A program made the translations under genes and the position numbers. A stretch of DNA of 64,000 nucleotides from an uncultured Methanoregulaceae archaeon. GTDB taxonomy: Archaea > Halobacteriota > Methanomicrobia > Methanomicrobiales > Methanospirillaceae. The notes below the pieces were generated by a model that was not told the origin of the DNA, did no database searches, and saw only the letters and a list, made by a program, of their open reading frames with translations. The DNA is taken from contig CAWHIE010000001.1 of NCBI GenBank assembly GCA_963829335.1, forward strand, positions 174,474-238,473, written 5' to 3'. Each line of letters opens with the position of its first letter. Positions within the stretch are counted from its first letter, which is position 1. This document shows positions 30,923-41,736 of the stretch, piece after piece.

Positions 30923-31213
30923 AATTATAACCAATTGCCAACATAAAACAACGCCAGATGATTAGCAAAAACAGGCGAAGTTTTTGGAGATTTTACCCTC
31001 TTCAAAGAACCTGATTTTGATACTTTTTCTCGCAGTGCTCTGTCAGTGGGGGCTTCCCGTGTCTTTGTCATCTTTTCAGACCAAGCACACGTTCAACCTC
31101 CCGCCGAACACCAGCAGCCCGTCCCGCAACCCTGCGATCAATCCGTTCAAACGTCGGATCAACAAAATCATGCACCCGGGTATCATGCGAACCGTCGTCT
31201 TCAATAGGCATGG

Positions 31214-31528
31214 TCACATACGAGCCGGTAGATCATCCGGTCCTTCCCTGCATCCTTCTGGACGACAGAAAGCAGGCGCTTCCGGGCATGGTCGTTCAGG
31301 TTCATCACCTTTGACCGGCAGAGTCCGGTAAGGCTGGTTGTTGATATCCTCCATCCAGTCCGGGCAGTCATCAGGTCCGAACGGTGGCGTGTAATCAATC
31401 CGGATACCGGGATCTCCTTTGTAGCGGACAGAACGCACATGCACCTCGACTCCGCCAAGAATAATCGTGTCACCCTCAAGTGCCATCTTTGCCGCTTCAT
31501 CTTCTGTTATTTTCCTGATATCTGTCAT
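31214..31528 (-). CDS. Hypothetical protein downstream of primase-helicase
   Basis: 104-aa ORF with GGAG RBS, co-oriented with the replication module. Confidence 0.5.
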   Translation of the reverse strand: MTDIRKITEDEAAKMALEGDTIILGGVEVHVRSVRYKGDPGIRIDYTPPFGPDDCPDWMEDINNQPYRTLPVKGDEPERPCPEAPAFCRPEGCREGPDDLPARM

Positions 31529-31597
31529 TTTTTATTTCTCCATTGGGTTGTCCTGTTCATCCTTCGTTCGCTCATGATTCCGGTTCCCAGCGGGTCC

Positions 31598-31698
31598 GGG
31601 CACCATGGACACCATTTTCACGATTTCCGGGATCTTTTTTCTGTACAATTTTCCCGAAGGACTTTCCGGAAAAACCAGAAATGGTGTCCATGGTGTCC
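31598..31698. repeat. Iteron-like inverted repeat; putative replication origin
   Basis: GGGCACCATGGACACCATTT (31598..31617) vs AAATGGTGTCCATGGTGTCC (31679..31698), 19/20 inverted; each arm is built from a doubled GGACACCAT 9-mer. Confidence 0.75.
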
Positions 31699-31722
31699 AA
31701 ATTTCCAGAACCTCAAAAATTT

Positions 31723-34260
31723 TCATAATACTCCCAGCGTGACCTGCCCGGATACAGCCTGCTCTGCCGCAATCCGCTCCTGCTCATTCTTGAACCGGAG
31801 GCCGGACCAGTACCCGGTCGATGCCGGATTTTCCCCCATCGGTTACGCCAATATCCCGCAGTGCTGCAAAAAGTCTCTTTTTGGAGATATGCTGCTTGTA
31901 TCCTTCTTCTTCACACCATCTCTCGAACACTTCATTCATCGCCATGCGTGAAATCCGGGACCGGCTTCGACAATGCATTCCGTTGCCAAAAACAACCCAA
32001 CCGTATCGCTCACTGTTCGCAGGTTCCCGGTCGCAACGGATACTTTGCGGGGCTGCACCAGTCTCCCGCCGTTTTCGTAAAACCGCTTGAGCCCGCACAG
32101 GCACCAGTTCAGGATCCCGGCTGACTCCGTAAGCAGTTTCGCCGCGATATCGGGATCGCACTTATCCTCCGGGATCTGGACGGCGAACGGCACCATCCAG
32201 ATCCGACGCCAGATGCCGTCATCAGTGCCCTTGATTACGGGCTCGTGGTTCGTGGTCAGCCAGATCTTTGCCATGGGCGTGAACTCGAACTCATTCTCAT
32301 AGAGCTTCCGCACGGTGATCGCATACTCGCCGGTGATCTGCTTGATGATCGACTCGTCCATCCGTGCACCTTCCGCTCCTTCCGCCGCCGTTGCGAGCCG
32401 GGCGCCTGCGAGCCGTGCCAGGTCAGAACGGGCATTCTCGAACCGTTTGGCCACCAGGGACTCGGCGGCGATGTTGACCGCATAGTCATCGAGGATGCGG
32501 GCGAGCACCTCGATGGTCTTTGACTTCCCGTTCCTGCCTTTCCCGTAGAGGATAAACATCACCTGCTGGGGGTTGGTGCCCAGCAGGGAGTACCCGCACA
32601 TGGACTGGAACCCCGCGAGGTAATCGGCATCCCCGCCAAAGATGAGGCTGAGGTGGGCGAGCCACTGCGGACAGGCCGCCTCCGGGTCATACGTAATCGC
32701 TGCCTTTTTTGTCAGCATATCTCCGGGGAGGTGGTCCCGGAAGGTCATGGTATCGAGTTCGAGCGTCCCGTTCCGGCAGTTGAGGAGGTGTACCGGTGCG
32801 TCGAACACTTCCGGGAGTACCGGGATGTGCGGGGCTGCGGAATCAATCATCGCTTTCCTCGCGTGCAGGCTCTCGGAACACAGTGCCCAGCGGGAAAGTG
32901 CCCGGGACTCGTCCGCGGTCGATGCGACCGCTGCCTCGTTGTGTATCGAACGTGCAACATCGGTGGCGATCAAAAGCATCCTGCCGCTGTCATCCCGTTC
33001 CCAGACCGTGCCGTTCCAGAGATACCATGCATTGAAGGTCGCACAGTAACGAACAGATTCACCATATTGTGCAATGAGCCGTTCGCCATTTCCCGCATCG
33101 GTCAGGGCAAACGGTACTGATGGATGACCGTTCTTTTGTACCGGAAGCGTGCTCTCCGTTGACTTCGCTTGTGCCCGTTCTTTCTTTCCCGCAGTAATCC
33201 GCCGCTCCTGGCGTTTCTGCCGTTCTTCGGTTGTCTCGTACTTCTCACGCAGTTCCTTCCACCGCTGCTTCCCGCCGCCACAGGAGGCATGGTGACAGCC
33301 GGCAAAGACCGCGCCGTTTTTGAACTGGATCGCGTACGCTCCGTCCCTGTGCGCCGCAGAAAATGGGCAGGTATCAAGGAGGTAGATTCTCCCATCCTGG
33401 TAGGGTTTTTCGGATTTTACCCGGATTCCATGTGCGTTCATCCAATCCGGCAAATGCAGAATATTCTTATACCCCTTTATTTCCACTGGAGTTTCAGACG
33501 GAACCTGGGCTTTGGTGGGGAGCTGTGAAACAAGATAAAGTAACTGTTCTGAGGTAACAATAGTGAGCAGATCCGGAGCAGAGAGCATCCGGCTCCTCCG
33601 GTGCGGACGTTCGGCGGTATGGTCACCTTTGCGTGCCATGGTACCGTATAATTTCCAGATCCGCCCGGCGTTGTAGTTTGCGGCATCGACCGATACCTGC
33701 GAGTCCGAGAAGAGGAGATCGAGCGTGACAAGGCACTGTCGTACGAGGTTCTTTGAACGTTCATCGTTGGGCAGGTCGATTCGGTAAAGCAGGTGGGCCC
33801 CGTTGCCGGAGTCGCCCCGGACCGGTCCCGGAAAACCCAGGCCGTTCAGCCATCCTGCGATCTCCCCGGCTTTTCTTAGGGCATGGTCGTGCTCGATATC
33901 CGTACTTGAAACCCCGCCAGGTCGGACCGGGTCGATATCAATCGGGAGCCATCTGCGCCGGACAATATCCGCATCGCCGGTGGTCGCATCTGATCTGGAG
34001 AGGTGCATCTTGATCCGGTTGGCACGCCGTGCGAGCAGGGCGGGATTCACTTCGTTGAGAGTAACATAGATCCCGTGCACTGCCGGGTCGGTATCGAGTG
34101 GCTCCACAATCCGGGCAAGTGCGGCAGTCTCGGTGAAGTACCCGCTGTGCGTACTGGTTTCAGCGAGAGCCCGGAGCTCGATCACCTGGCCAGGGTCTGC
34201 GAGGACATGCAGTACTGATTCAAGACTGTTGACCGGGGAAGTGTCCCCGGAATCAGTCAT
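31723..34260 (-). CDS. AEP primase-polymerase / Zn-finger / D5-P4-type SF3 helicase (frameshifts near 31950 and 31810)
   Basis: WLPIDID, DSGNGAHLLY, RIWKLYGT; CPF..H..CHHASC; TDAGNGERL; GKGRNGKS Walker A; TTNHEP..DDGIWRR; winged-helix tail FERWCEEEG in a shifted frame. Confidence 0.92.
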
Positions 34261-34762
34261 TGTCCACTACCATGCGTGGCTGCCCCGAAAGCGATTCTGA
34301 TCCCGGGTCCTTTCCAGAAGAATCTGCCATTAATTCCGATCCCTGACTCCTGAAACCATTCGTCTGATCAATCGCCATCGCCACAGTACCAGGGTGCTCT
34401 GAGATCAGTTTGGGTTCCGGGTTCCTTCGGGAAAAGTCAGCGATCAATTCCTGTGCCCTGCCCATGATGCGATCTGTTTGATCCTGGCTGAAAGATCCAG
34501 GGAGTTGTTCCGGCCCATGAATTGCCCCAGAGGATCCGGATAATGGTTCCGGTCCTGGAGCTGGTGAACGATCCGTACCGTCATCCAACGGTTCCATCGC
34601 AATCTTTGCCCGGCACTTGCACTTGACGGTATAATGGTGCAGGTGTGTCCGCACGATCGAGATACGGTATAATTTCTCACCCCGCTCCCGGATCCGCTGG
34701 GCAATGGTGACCGGAATCAGATGGAGCGGGACTATACGGTCATATTCCTTTGGGCGGGTCAT
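34253..34762 (-). CDS. Hypothetical protein, coupled to primase
   Basis: Overlaps both neighbours by a few bases. Confidence 0.6.
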   Translation of the reverse strand: MTRPKEYDRIVPLHLIPVTIAQRIRERGEKLYRISIVRTHLHHYTVKCKCRAKIAMEPLDDGTDRSPAPGPEPLSGSSGAIHGPEQLPGSFSQDQTDRIMGRAQELIADFSRRNPEPKLISEHPGTVAMAIDQTNGFRSQGSELMADSSGKDPGSESLSGQPRMVVDND

Positions 34763-35241
34763 CCGGACCTCTTTGCCTGTTTGAGATCTTCGATCTCTCC
34801 TTCGAGATCATCCATCCGGTACCCGAGATCATTGAGTGTTACGAAAAGCTGCTCGTACATCCGGTCCTGTCGTTCCATCAGGGAACAGACCAGATCACGT
34901 GCCGCAGTTTCGAACCTGGCACAGGGTACTTCAGGATCGGAAACGTTGAGGTCATGTTCTGTCCGTTTCCTGATCGTGCTCTTCTTTTCCCGCGAAGGAG
35001 CAATACCCAGCCCACGGAGTTCTGTCTTCCGTTCCACCAGCCGGGGTGCAGGGCGGCAGGTCTTTTGCACGCCCCCGGCAGTCTCATCATTCGTGTTCTC
35101 CGGTCCTGTACCGACCGTACAGGACGCCTGAGCATCCGGTCCGGTCACCTCGCGGGAAGAAACAGCAGTACCGTCACTTCTCCGCCCGGGGATCCCTTGG
35201 GATCCCGGTAATGGTGTGTTTTCCTTGTTAGCATCTGTCAT
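34759..35241 (-). CDS. Hypothetical protein with C-terminal coiled coil
   Basis: ..LMERQDRMYEQL..LNDLGYRMDDLEGEIEDLKQ; ATGA overlap with the next gene. Confidence 0.6.
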   Translation of the reverse strand: MTDANKENTPLPGSQGIPGRRSDGTAVSSREVTGPDAQASCTVGTGPENTNDETAGGVQKTCRPAPRLVERKTELRGLGIAPSREKKSTIRKRTEHDLNVSDPEVPCARFETAARDLVCSLMERQDRMYEQLFVTLNDLGYRMDDLEGEIEDLKQAKRSG

Positions 35242-35441
35242 GAGTATTCACGTTTTGAAAGTGTGATTTGCCGGCAATGCAGGCAATCAGGAGCATTCGC
35301 TCATTTTTTAAGGTAAATCCTGCCGGTCAGGTACGATGAAATGCAGAACAGAAACCATCGAAAGATTACCTGACCACTTTTCTGGACAGGGGAACCTGAT
35401 GTGACAATTCTGCGATAACAATCATACCCGGAAACCAGCGG

Positions 35442-35678
35442 TTACCGTTTACCAGAAAAGTCGGGTGAACCCATACCGGCCCGGGCGCCCGAAAACCATT
35501 CCCCGGAACCGGTAATCCGATTAGTCTCAACCTGGGACAGGAGGTAATACATTCCCATCAGCCCGCACACGGACATCACAAGAGAAAAGAAGAACCGGGC
35601 AAACCGGATCGCAGGCTTGCGTGCGTATCCGAGTTTCCGGATCTTCCTCGATGTGTCTGTGCAGAAATCTTGTGTCAT
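35442..35678 (-). CDS. Small single-TM hypothetical protein
   Basis: Basic N-terminus followed by FFFSLVMSVCGLMGMYYLL. Confidence 0.4.
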   Translation of the reverse strand: MTQDFCTDTSRKIRKLGYARKPAIRFARFFFSLVMSVCGLMGMYYLLSQVETNRITGSGEWFSGARAGMGSPDFSGKR

Positions 35679-35930
35679 TGTTCTATTTCAATCATCAGCA
35701 ATTCAGCTTATAAAGATTCATATAACCCGGAAGTTGTACGTACAGTTATAACACCTTTTTGCGTGAATCGGGACTTTATTATAGCCCGGATTTTAGGGAA
35801 CAATGGAAAGTTGAGCGGGCGCGGGAACTTTTTTAGTAAATATCGTTTTACGGGCCCGGATTTGGGGGAAAAGAATGGAGGTGCGCGGGAGGGAGAGGAT
35901 TTGGAATGTTCAGAGTTCGTGAGAATTTTA

Positions 35931-36194
35931 TTATTCATCGGAATTATCTGATTGGCTGAACTCCTTTTCGGATCCATTAATCTTTTTTCTCTTTTGGTTC
36001 AGGTTAACCCGTTCTTTCCGTACAAACTCGTTAAACTGATCTTTCTCTTTCTCACTCAGCTTTTCTTCTCCCGGGTCGCAGCAATCCCGGCACATCTCCA
36101 TAAACTTTGGGATATACCGGATTCTGGTCTGCCCGCCGGTCTGCCAGTGAGCAATAATACATCGAGGACACGGTTTCATACTCTTCCTCGCCAT
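35931..36194 (-). CDS. Small Cys-rich (Zn-binding) hypothetical protein
   Basis: CPRC..CRDCC plus a basic tail. Confidence 0.55.
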   Translation of the reverse strand: MARKSMKPCPRCIIAHWQTGGQTRIRYIPKFMEMCRDCCDPGEEKLSEKEKDQFNEFVRKERVNLNQKRKKINGSEKEFSQSDNSDE

Positions 36195-36250
36195 ATGCTA
36201 TTCTTCAGTATATCAAAAAATAAAAAATTTTCATAATGCGTTCGAAATAA

Positions 36251-36346
36251 AAATCCTTCTTAAATCCTTCTTAGTACGTTTCTGTTGCCAGACCTGGCAC
36301 AGCCTTGGTATATCGTCAATATCACGACTATCATATCACGACTATC
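36251..36346. repeat. Two short perfect tandem duplications upstream of the replication operon
   Basis: AAATCCTTCTT x2 (36251..36272) and ATATCACGACTATC x2 (36319..36346). Confidence 0.8.
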
Positions 36347-36771
36347 TTTCTCTCCACGTTCAGACAATTGCAGAACTACGCTGATCCGGATACCTGTCGG
36401 GTTCCCTGATATAACCCGGATACTATTCTTATCATTTATTTTTCGGGAATAACAGTCAGATAACGGCGCAATAATCCGTTGATACCAAAACTGTCCGGTA
36501 GATCGACATGGATACCTTAAGTATTGTCACATCGTGGTTAATGGTCCTGGTTTTCCTCTCCGTATTCCTTCAGGGATTTCTCTCTTCGCCCGGGATTTAT
36601 CGGATGCGGAACCGTTGGAATTCTGGTGGTGACATCTCGGATTAGCCCATCGGGTGATCCCGATCATGCTTTTATGTGACGACTAATACAGTGCACCCGT
36701 GAGACATGTCCTATTCAGATGTCAGGTCCAGACCTGTTGGAAGTGCCGTACCTTTTTTCTCTTGCTAACGG

Positions 36772-36936
36772 TCACAGTTCCACGAGTGCGAACTCGTTCT
36801 TCCCTGCACCGCACGACGGGCACAGCCAGTCATCCGGAAGGCTGAAGAAGATCACACCGGGCGGGATCCCGCCAGCCGGATCCCCTTCTTCAGGGTTATA
36901 GATATAACCACAGACGAGGCACTCGAAGGTTTCCAT
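36772..36936 (-). CDS. Rubredoxin
   Basis: FECLVCGYIYNPEEGDP..LPDDWLCPSCGAGK. Confidence 0.95.
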   Translation of the reverse strand: METFECLVCGYIYNPEEGDPAGGIPPGVIFFSLPDDWLCPSCGAGKNEFALVEL

Positions 36937-37520
36937 GACCTCTTCCATGTCTTCCATGATGTGATCTACATAATCTGTCCGAATAAAAATTTTTGGAATA
37001 CTGCACGTGCGATTGGATGGAATGCACCCTGTTGTCATGGACATATTTCGCTCAAACCGGGATGCAATGCACCGATGCCTTGCCAGATTTTATTATTTCG
37101 GGCAACGTGAATATGATCAACCTCATCGGCGAAGATTCACGCCGGGATGAGGTCAGAGAACACATCGCGTTTGATGCGGGAAAAAAGTCAGATTGCACAA
37201 TCAGGTTCAACTCCAATGTCAGATGGTCCACGTCCTCTCCCGGAAGGTTCACCCGTCATAGTACGTCTCAGTATTATTGTAGGGTTTCTTCTGGTGCTTC
37301 TCGTCATCGTTGCAATCAGAAGACCCTGAATACTTTTTTAAAAAATATCTCACTAATGTTTGTAAAGTCATCGAATCCAAAGAAATATTACAGGAATATA
37401 TCTCGCCGCTCTATTGTTGCCACCACAAAAAACCTTGACACTTTTGTCATCGGAGCATGGAAATACAACCCCCTAATAAGATAGAAAATATTTATGCGAG
37501 ATTCAACATAGTTCCGGACT

Positions 37521-38099
37521 ATGGCATGGATTGAAACTATCAGTCGGGATACAAACATTAACAGTGATACAATCGAGAGAATATATTTCCAGACCAGACG
37601 AAGTAAAGTATTCGAAGGGAACCTGTTATTCGAACAGGATTTAGAGAAATATTCCAGCACAGAAGAAGCCGTCAACGAAATAAAAATTATCAGACTGGAT
37701 ATTCGTGTCTCAGGTGGGAATGCAGATTCTATTATTTTTTCTGCTGATATCACGGGAAAATGCACTGAATATGCACTCCATAAATCATCCCAAAAATTTC
37801 GTCAGAAAGATGGAGAAGAAAATGAATATCACTATTGGAAGCACTGGCGATCTTTTGTTACATCCCATTCATACCCGATACAACTTGTATTAGGAAACAG
37901 GCTCATCTCTGAAATACTATCGGTACTATCAACCGCAAAAAAGGAAGAAATATTGAATTTCTTTACTTCATTCCAAGAAAAGGATATAGGCCTTCTTACT
38001 ACTATTCAGAGTCTGGAAGACGGTTTTAATACGCTTGAAATAGACCCTCAATGGGAGAAAGAAAGAATTAAATTTTTAAAGAAAAAGGAGTGGTTTTAA
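37521..38099 (+). CDS. AT-rich hypothetical protein
   Basis: 192-aa ORF with atypical composition; no motif recognised. Confidence 0.65.
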   Translation: MAWIETISRDTNINSDTIERIYFQTRRSKVFEGNLLFEQDLEKYSSTEEAVNEIKIIRLDIRVSGGNADSIIFSADITGKCTEYALHKSSQKFRQKDGEENEYHYWKHWRSFVTSHSYPIQLVLGNRLISEILSVLSTAKKEEILNFFTSFQEKDIGLLTTIQSLEDGFNTLEIDPQWEKERIKFLKKKEWF

Positions 38100-38202
38100 C
38101 ATTTAAAATAGTGTTTGAAGAGTTATCCGGCGTGCGAAGATGCGGGGGTCCACACATCGAAAGGATCCGTATTAAGGAATCCCAGTAAAAAATTGCCGGA
38201 TC

Positions 38203-38874
38203 TCATAACGTTTTCAATGGCTGTATAAGGCGCTCATCATCAACATCCGGACTATTTACCCGTGACGAGACCGGGTACGCCTCCATTTCACGAGCCGGGT
38301 AGGGTCCGAGAATCCTTTTCATCTCATCGGGTGCGGGAGCGCCTCCGGTAAGCCAGCGTTCTTCATCCTCACGCTTCAGGATCACCGGCATCCTGTCGTG
38401 GAGCGGTGCCGCGAGTTCGTTCGCCTGTGTGGTAACGAGCGTGTAGGTGGGATGAGCCGTAGAATTCGCGTCATGCCATACGTCATAGAGACCGGCGAAT
38501 GCGAAGAGCCGGGTTTCTTTCAAGCGAATATAAAAGGGAATTTTTTTTGTTCCCTCCTTCTTCCATTCATAAAACCCGCTGGCAGGGACAAGGCAGCGTT
38601 GATTCTGCAACAGGTTTCGGAACATAGGTTTTTCGGCAAGTGTCTCTGCTTTTGCATTGATGGGATGCAGTGACTTTTCCGGGTCCTTCGCCATCTGCGG
38701 GATAAGACCCCATTGCATCATGACCATCCCGGTCTTTCCGTACTGGTGCACGATCACCGGCATTATCTGGGACGGGGCGATATTGAAGTGGGAGCGGATA
38801 CCGAGCATCGGGTCGAAGATGCGGAAACGTTTACCAAGGTCATCGATGAAGATGAGTGAGTATCTCCCGCACAT
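38203..38874 (-). CDS. SOS response-associated peptidase (SRAP/HMCES/YedK abasic-site protein)
   Basis: N-terminal MCGRY, FNIAPSQ, INAKAET, GFYEW, HDRMPVIL. Confidence 0.95.
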   Translation of the reverse strand: MCGRYSLIFIDDLGKRFRIFDPMLGIRSHFNIAPSQIMPVIVHQYGKTGMVMMQWGLIPQMAKDPEKSLHPINAKAETLAEKPMFRNLLQNQRCLVPASGFYEWKKEGTKKIPFYIRLKETRLFAFAGLYDVWHDANSTAHPTYTLVTTQANELAAPLHDRMPVILKREDEERWLTGGAPAPDEMKRILGPYPAREMEAYPVSSRVNSPDVDDERLIQPLKTL

Positions 38875-38984
38875 GGTAACCATTCTGCTTTAGTTTTTAA
38901 AAGCATTCAGTATCTGATGTATAATAAAAGCCGATGTTGATGTAAGAACTTCGACTGGTCCGGGATCATTTTCCCTGTTCGGCG

Positions 38985-39275
38985 TTAGCAGACTGTTGAT
39001 GTATCAGGAGGTGACGGGATATCTGTATCATCGTGATGCAGGGAAGCCAGATACAATCCAAGATAAACACACTCTTTTTTCGTGAACGTTGGTTCCTCCG
39101 CGATCAGATCTATCAATTGCGATGTACTCATAAATGGACCGATACCGGAAGCTTCCACCAACTCGTACAGGCGATGTACCAGTTCCTTGTGTCGCCGTAC
39201 ATTAATACCGATTGTGTCAGCGACTTTTCCTTTATAATCCTCTCCTGCCATGGCAAAACTCTCGTACAATGGCAT
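38985..39275 (-). CDS. Small hypothetical protein
   Basis: 96-aa helical ORF between SRAP and PolB2. Confidence 0.55.
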   Translation of the reverse strand: MPLYESFAMAGEDYKGKVADTIGINVRRHKELVHRLYELVEASGIGPFMSTSQLIDLIAEEPTFTKKECVYLGLYLASLHHDDTDIPSPPDTSTVC

Positions 39276-39479
39276 ATTTGTCAGGTAATAAAAGGATATC
39301 GTGGAATCATTCCCTTCTTCGCGAAATTTATTTCATCAGGAAAAATTTTAGCGGGATTTCTGATCGGAGTTATCAAAGTTAATATTTTATAAAAAAATAT
39401 AAAAAAAAATTTCATGATCCACTTTCACACCGCTAAGACCTGAGCCTTATCTCATTGAGGGTGGGAGGTATCCGGTGCC

Positions 39480-39614
39480 ATGCCGATCGAACTCCGCACT
39501 GGATTGCTGCACAACGACGGCACCGTTCATGCGGTGACAGCCCCCGGGGACGCAATGATCCCTGCACGTCCCATAACTACGGACCCGGCGGTGAGGACCC
39601 CTGTGGATATTTGA
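39480..39614 (+). CDS. Short ORF (44 aa) overlapping the PolB2 start
   Basis: GGAGGT RBS; MPIELRTGLLHNDGTVHAVTAPG..; its stop lies inside the first PolB2 codons. Confidence 0.4.
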   Translation: MPIELRTGLLHNDGTVHAVTAPGDAMIPARPITTDPAVRTPVDI

Positions 39615-41580
39615 TTCGGCATACCGTGATGGTGGTGTCGATCTCTGGACAAAAGACAGGACAGTGACCCGTGTCCATCACGAGTACAACCCTCCCTTCC
39701 TCATTCACTTCCACGACCCGCAGGGAAACCACGAGATGATCGAGGCGCTCGAAGAGCAGTACGATGCCGGGGAGTGCACCATCCACACCATTTTTGGCGA
39801 TCTTCCCGGTCTTTCTGTCCGTGCCGGCCGCGACGTCGCCGAGGCCATAGAGAAGCAGGCACAATTCGACGTAGACCTCTTCAACGTTGATGTCCGGAGA
39901 GACCAGCGATTCATGGCCGGGACGGGGATCTTCCCGTGTGGCGGTGAGAACGACTCACGGTTCTCGCCGGAGTTCTCCCATGAGCTCGGCATCATCGAAC
40001 TCAGGGTCCCCGGCAACCCCGCCCTTGCCGAACCCTGCTCCGGTATCGAGGTCATCCACGAGCGAACCGAACAACTGACCGGGCAGCCACGGGAAGTCCT
40101 CGCGGATCTCTTCACGCTTGTCGGATCTCTCGACCCCGATATTATCCTCATGCCCAACGCTGATACCTGGATGCCGAAGATCCGGAAGCTGGCATGGAGG
40201 TATGATCTCACCGTGCCGTTCTCGCGCAACGGGAAATACCGGCAGATGGACTCCCGTTCTTACTGGAGTTACGGGAGAATAGAGCACAAGGAATCGGCTC
40301 TCATTCCGGACGGCCGCATCCTCATCGATACCGAACAGTCGTTTGTCTACCAGGAAGGAGGGCTTGATGGTGTCCTCATGGCCGCACGAATCTCGGGCCT
40401 CTCCCCGAACCTCGCATCACGGTTCACGCCCGGTACCCTCATCAGTTCCTATGAGGTGTACGAGGCGGTGAAGAGGGGGATCGCCGTACCCTTCCGGAAG
40501 AGCGATCCGGAACTGATACGCCGTGTCGCTACGCTGCAGGGGGCGGACCGCGGGGGCATGATGTTCCAGCCGGTGCCGGGAATTTACGAGAATGTCGAAG
40601 AGCTCGATTTCACCTCCATGTATCCCGCGATCATCGTCCGGTTCAACCTGTCGCCAGAAACCGTCGGGCACCCGGATCACCCGGGATTCCTTCCTGCTGC
40701 ACTCGATCCCCTCCTCGAACTGCGGGTAACCACCAAACGCATGAAAAAGACAAGCCCCCGGCTCGCAGGTATCGACTCGATCCTGAAATGGATGCTGGTC
40801 ACCTGCTTTGGGTACACCGGTTACAAAAACGCAAAGTTCGGCAGGATTGAGGTCCACGAAGGGATCACCGGGCGGTCCCGCGATATCCTGCTGCAGACCA
40901 AAGATATCGCCGAGAAGATGAAGTTCAAGGTCCTTCATGGGATCGTGGATTGCCTGTGGCTCCAGGGATCCCCGGTCAAAGTCCTGAAGGAGCGGGTCGA
41001 ACGTGAGACCGGCCTGCTCTCGGAAATTGAGCACTTCGACTGGCTGGTCTTCGAGCCGATGAATGACGGGACCGGTGCATATAACCGGTATTTCGGCAGG
41101 CTCGCTGATGGCAGCATCAAAGTCCGGGGGATTGCGGCGCGGAGACACGATACCCCGGAGTTCATCCGGTCGATGCAGGGCCGGATGCTGGAGGTCATGG
41201 CAGGGGCAGGAAGCATCGCCGGACTGGAAGAGAGAAAAGAGCAGGTCAGCGATATCTTCCGGGAGACCCTCGAAGCCCTGCCTGCCGCTGAACCGAAAGC
41301 GATGGCAATCTCGCGACGGATAAGCAGGCTCACCTACGCCCACCGCTGCCTTGAAGGGGCTGCGGTCCAGGCGTACCGGAACAGCGGAGTCGGGATCGCG
41401 CCGGGGATGAAAATCCAGTACGTGGTAACGGATGCCCGGCGGTACCAGGTCAGACCCGAATGGAGTGCGGATTCTTTCGATCTCCCGTTCTACCGGAGCC
41501 TGATCGACAAGGCCGCATCTGAGATCTCGTTTGCATTCAGGAGCGGAAATTTCGGCAGAAGGGCAAAAACTTTTTTATGA
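39601..41580 (+). CDS. polB2: Family B DNA polymerase, PolB2 (Dpo2-like) group
   Basis: LDFTSMYPAII, LKWMLVTCFGYTGY and VLHGIVDCLW (PolB2-type motif C), KVRGI..RR.DTP; frame open back to CTG at 39601 (xWIFDSAY). Confidence 0.9.
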   Translation: MWIFDSAYRDGGVDLWTKDRTVTRVHHEYNPPFLIHFHDPQGNHEMIEALEEQYDAGECTIHTIFGDLPGLSVRAGRDVAEAIEKQAQFDVDLFNVDVRRDQRFMAGTGIFPCGGENDSRFSPEFSHELGIIELRVPGNPALAEPCSGIEVIHERTEQLTGQPREVLADLFTLVGSLDPDIILMPNADTWMPKIRKLAWRYDLTVPFSRNGKYRQMDSRSYWSYGRIEHKESALIPDGRILIDTEQSFVYQEGGLDGVLMAARISGLSPNLASRFTPGTLISSYEVYEAVKRGIAVPFRKSDPELIRRVATLQGADRGGMMFQPVPGIYENVEELDFTSMYPAIIVRFNLSPETVGHPDHPGFLPAALDPLLELRVTTKRMKKTSPRLAGIDSILKWMLVTCFGYTGYKNAKFGRIEVHEGITGRSRDILLQTKDIAEKMKFKVLHGIVDCLWLQGSPVKVLKERVERETGLLSEIEHFDWLVFEPMNDGTGAYNRYFGRLADGSIKVRGIAARRHDTPEFIRSMQGRMLEVMAGAGSIAGLEERKEQVSDIFRETLEALPAAEPKAMAISRRISRLTYAHRCLEGAAVQAYRNSGVGIAPGMKIQYVVTDARRYQVRPEWSADSFDLPFYRSLIDKAASEISFAFRSGNFGRRAKTFL

Positions 41581-41736
41581 TCCCGCCGCAGCAAAGAAAT
41601 GAAGCAGTTATATCGTAACGTATACCGGTAGTCGTTCCCGACACACCGGATCATGCGCCTTCCCGAAAACCCTGAAGGCGATAGCATGAGATACTCGTAA
41701 GAAGATATCTTTCGCTGAAACGTTTATGCGATACCC

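Larger units (their letters stand above)
31214..36346 (-). mobile_element. Integrated plasmid/satellite-type replication module (boundaries undefined)
   Basis: Co-oriented small ORFs plus primase-helicase plus iteron-like inverted repeat; no integrase seen in the window. Confidence 0.6.

Noticed and set aside
40417-41343. Long antisense ORFs (also 4393..5301, 9424..10374, 46405..47016 and others)
   Set aside because: They are shadows of well-supported genes on the opposite strand or frame in GC-rich coding DNA, with no motifs.
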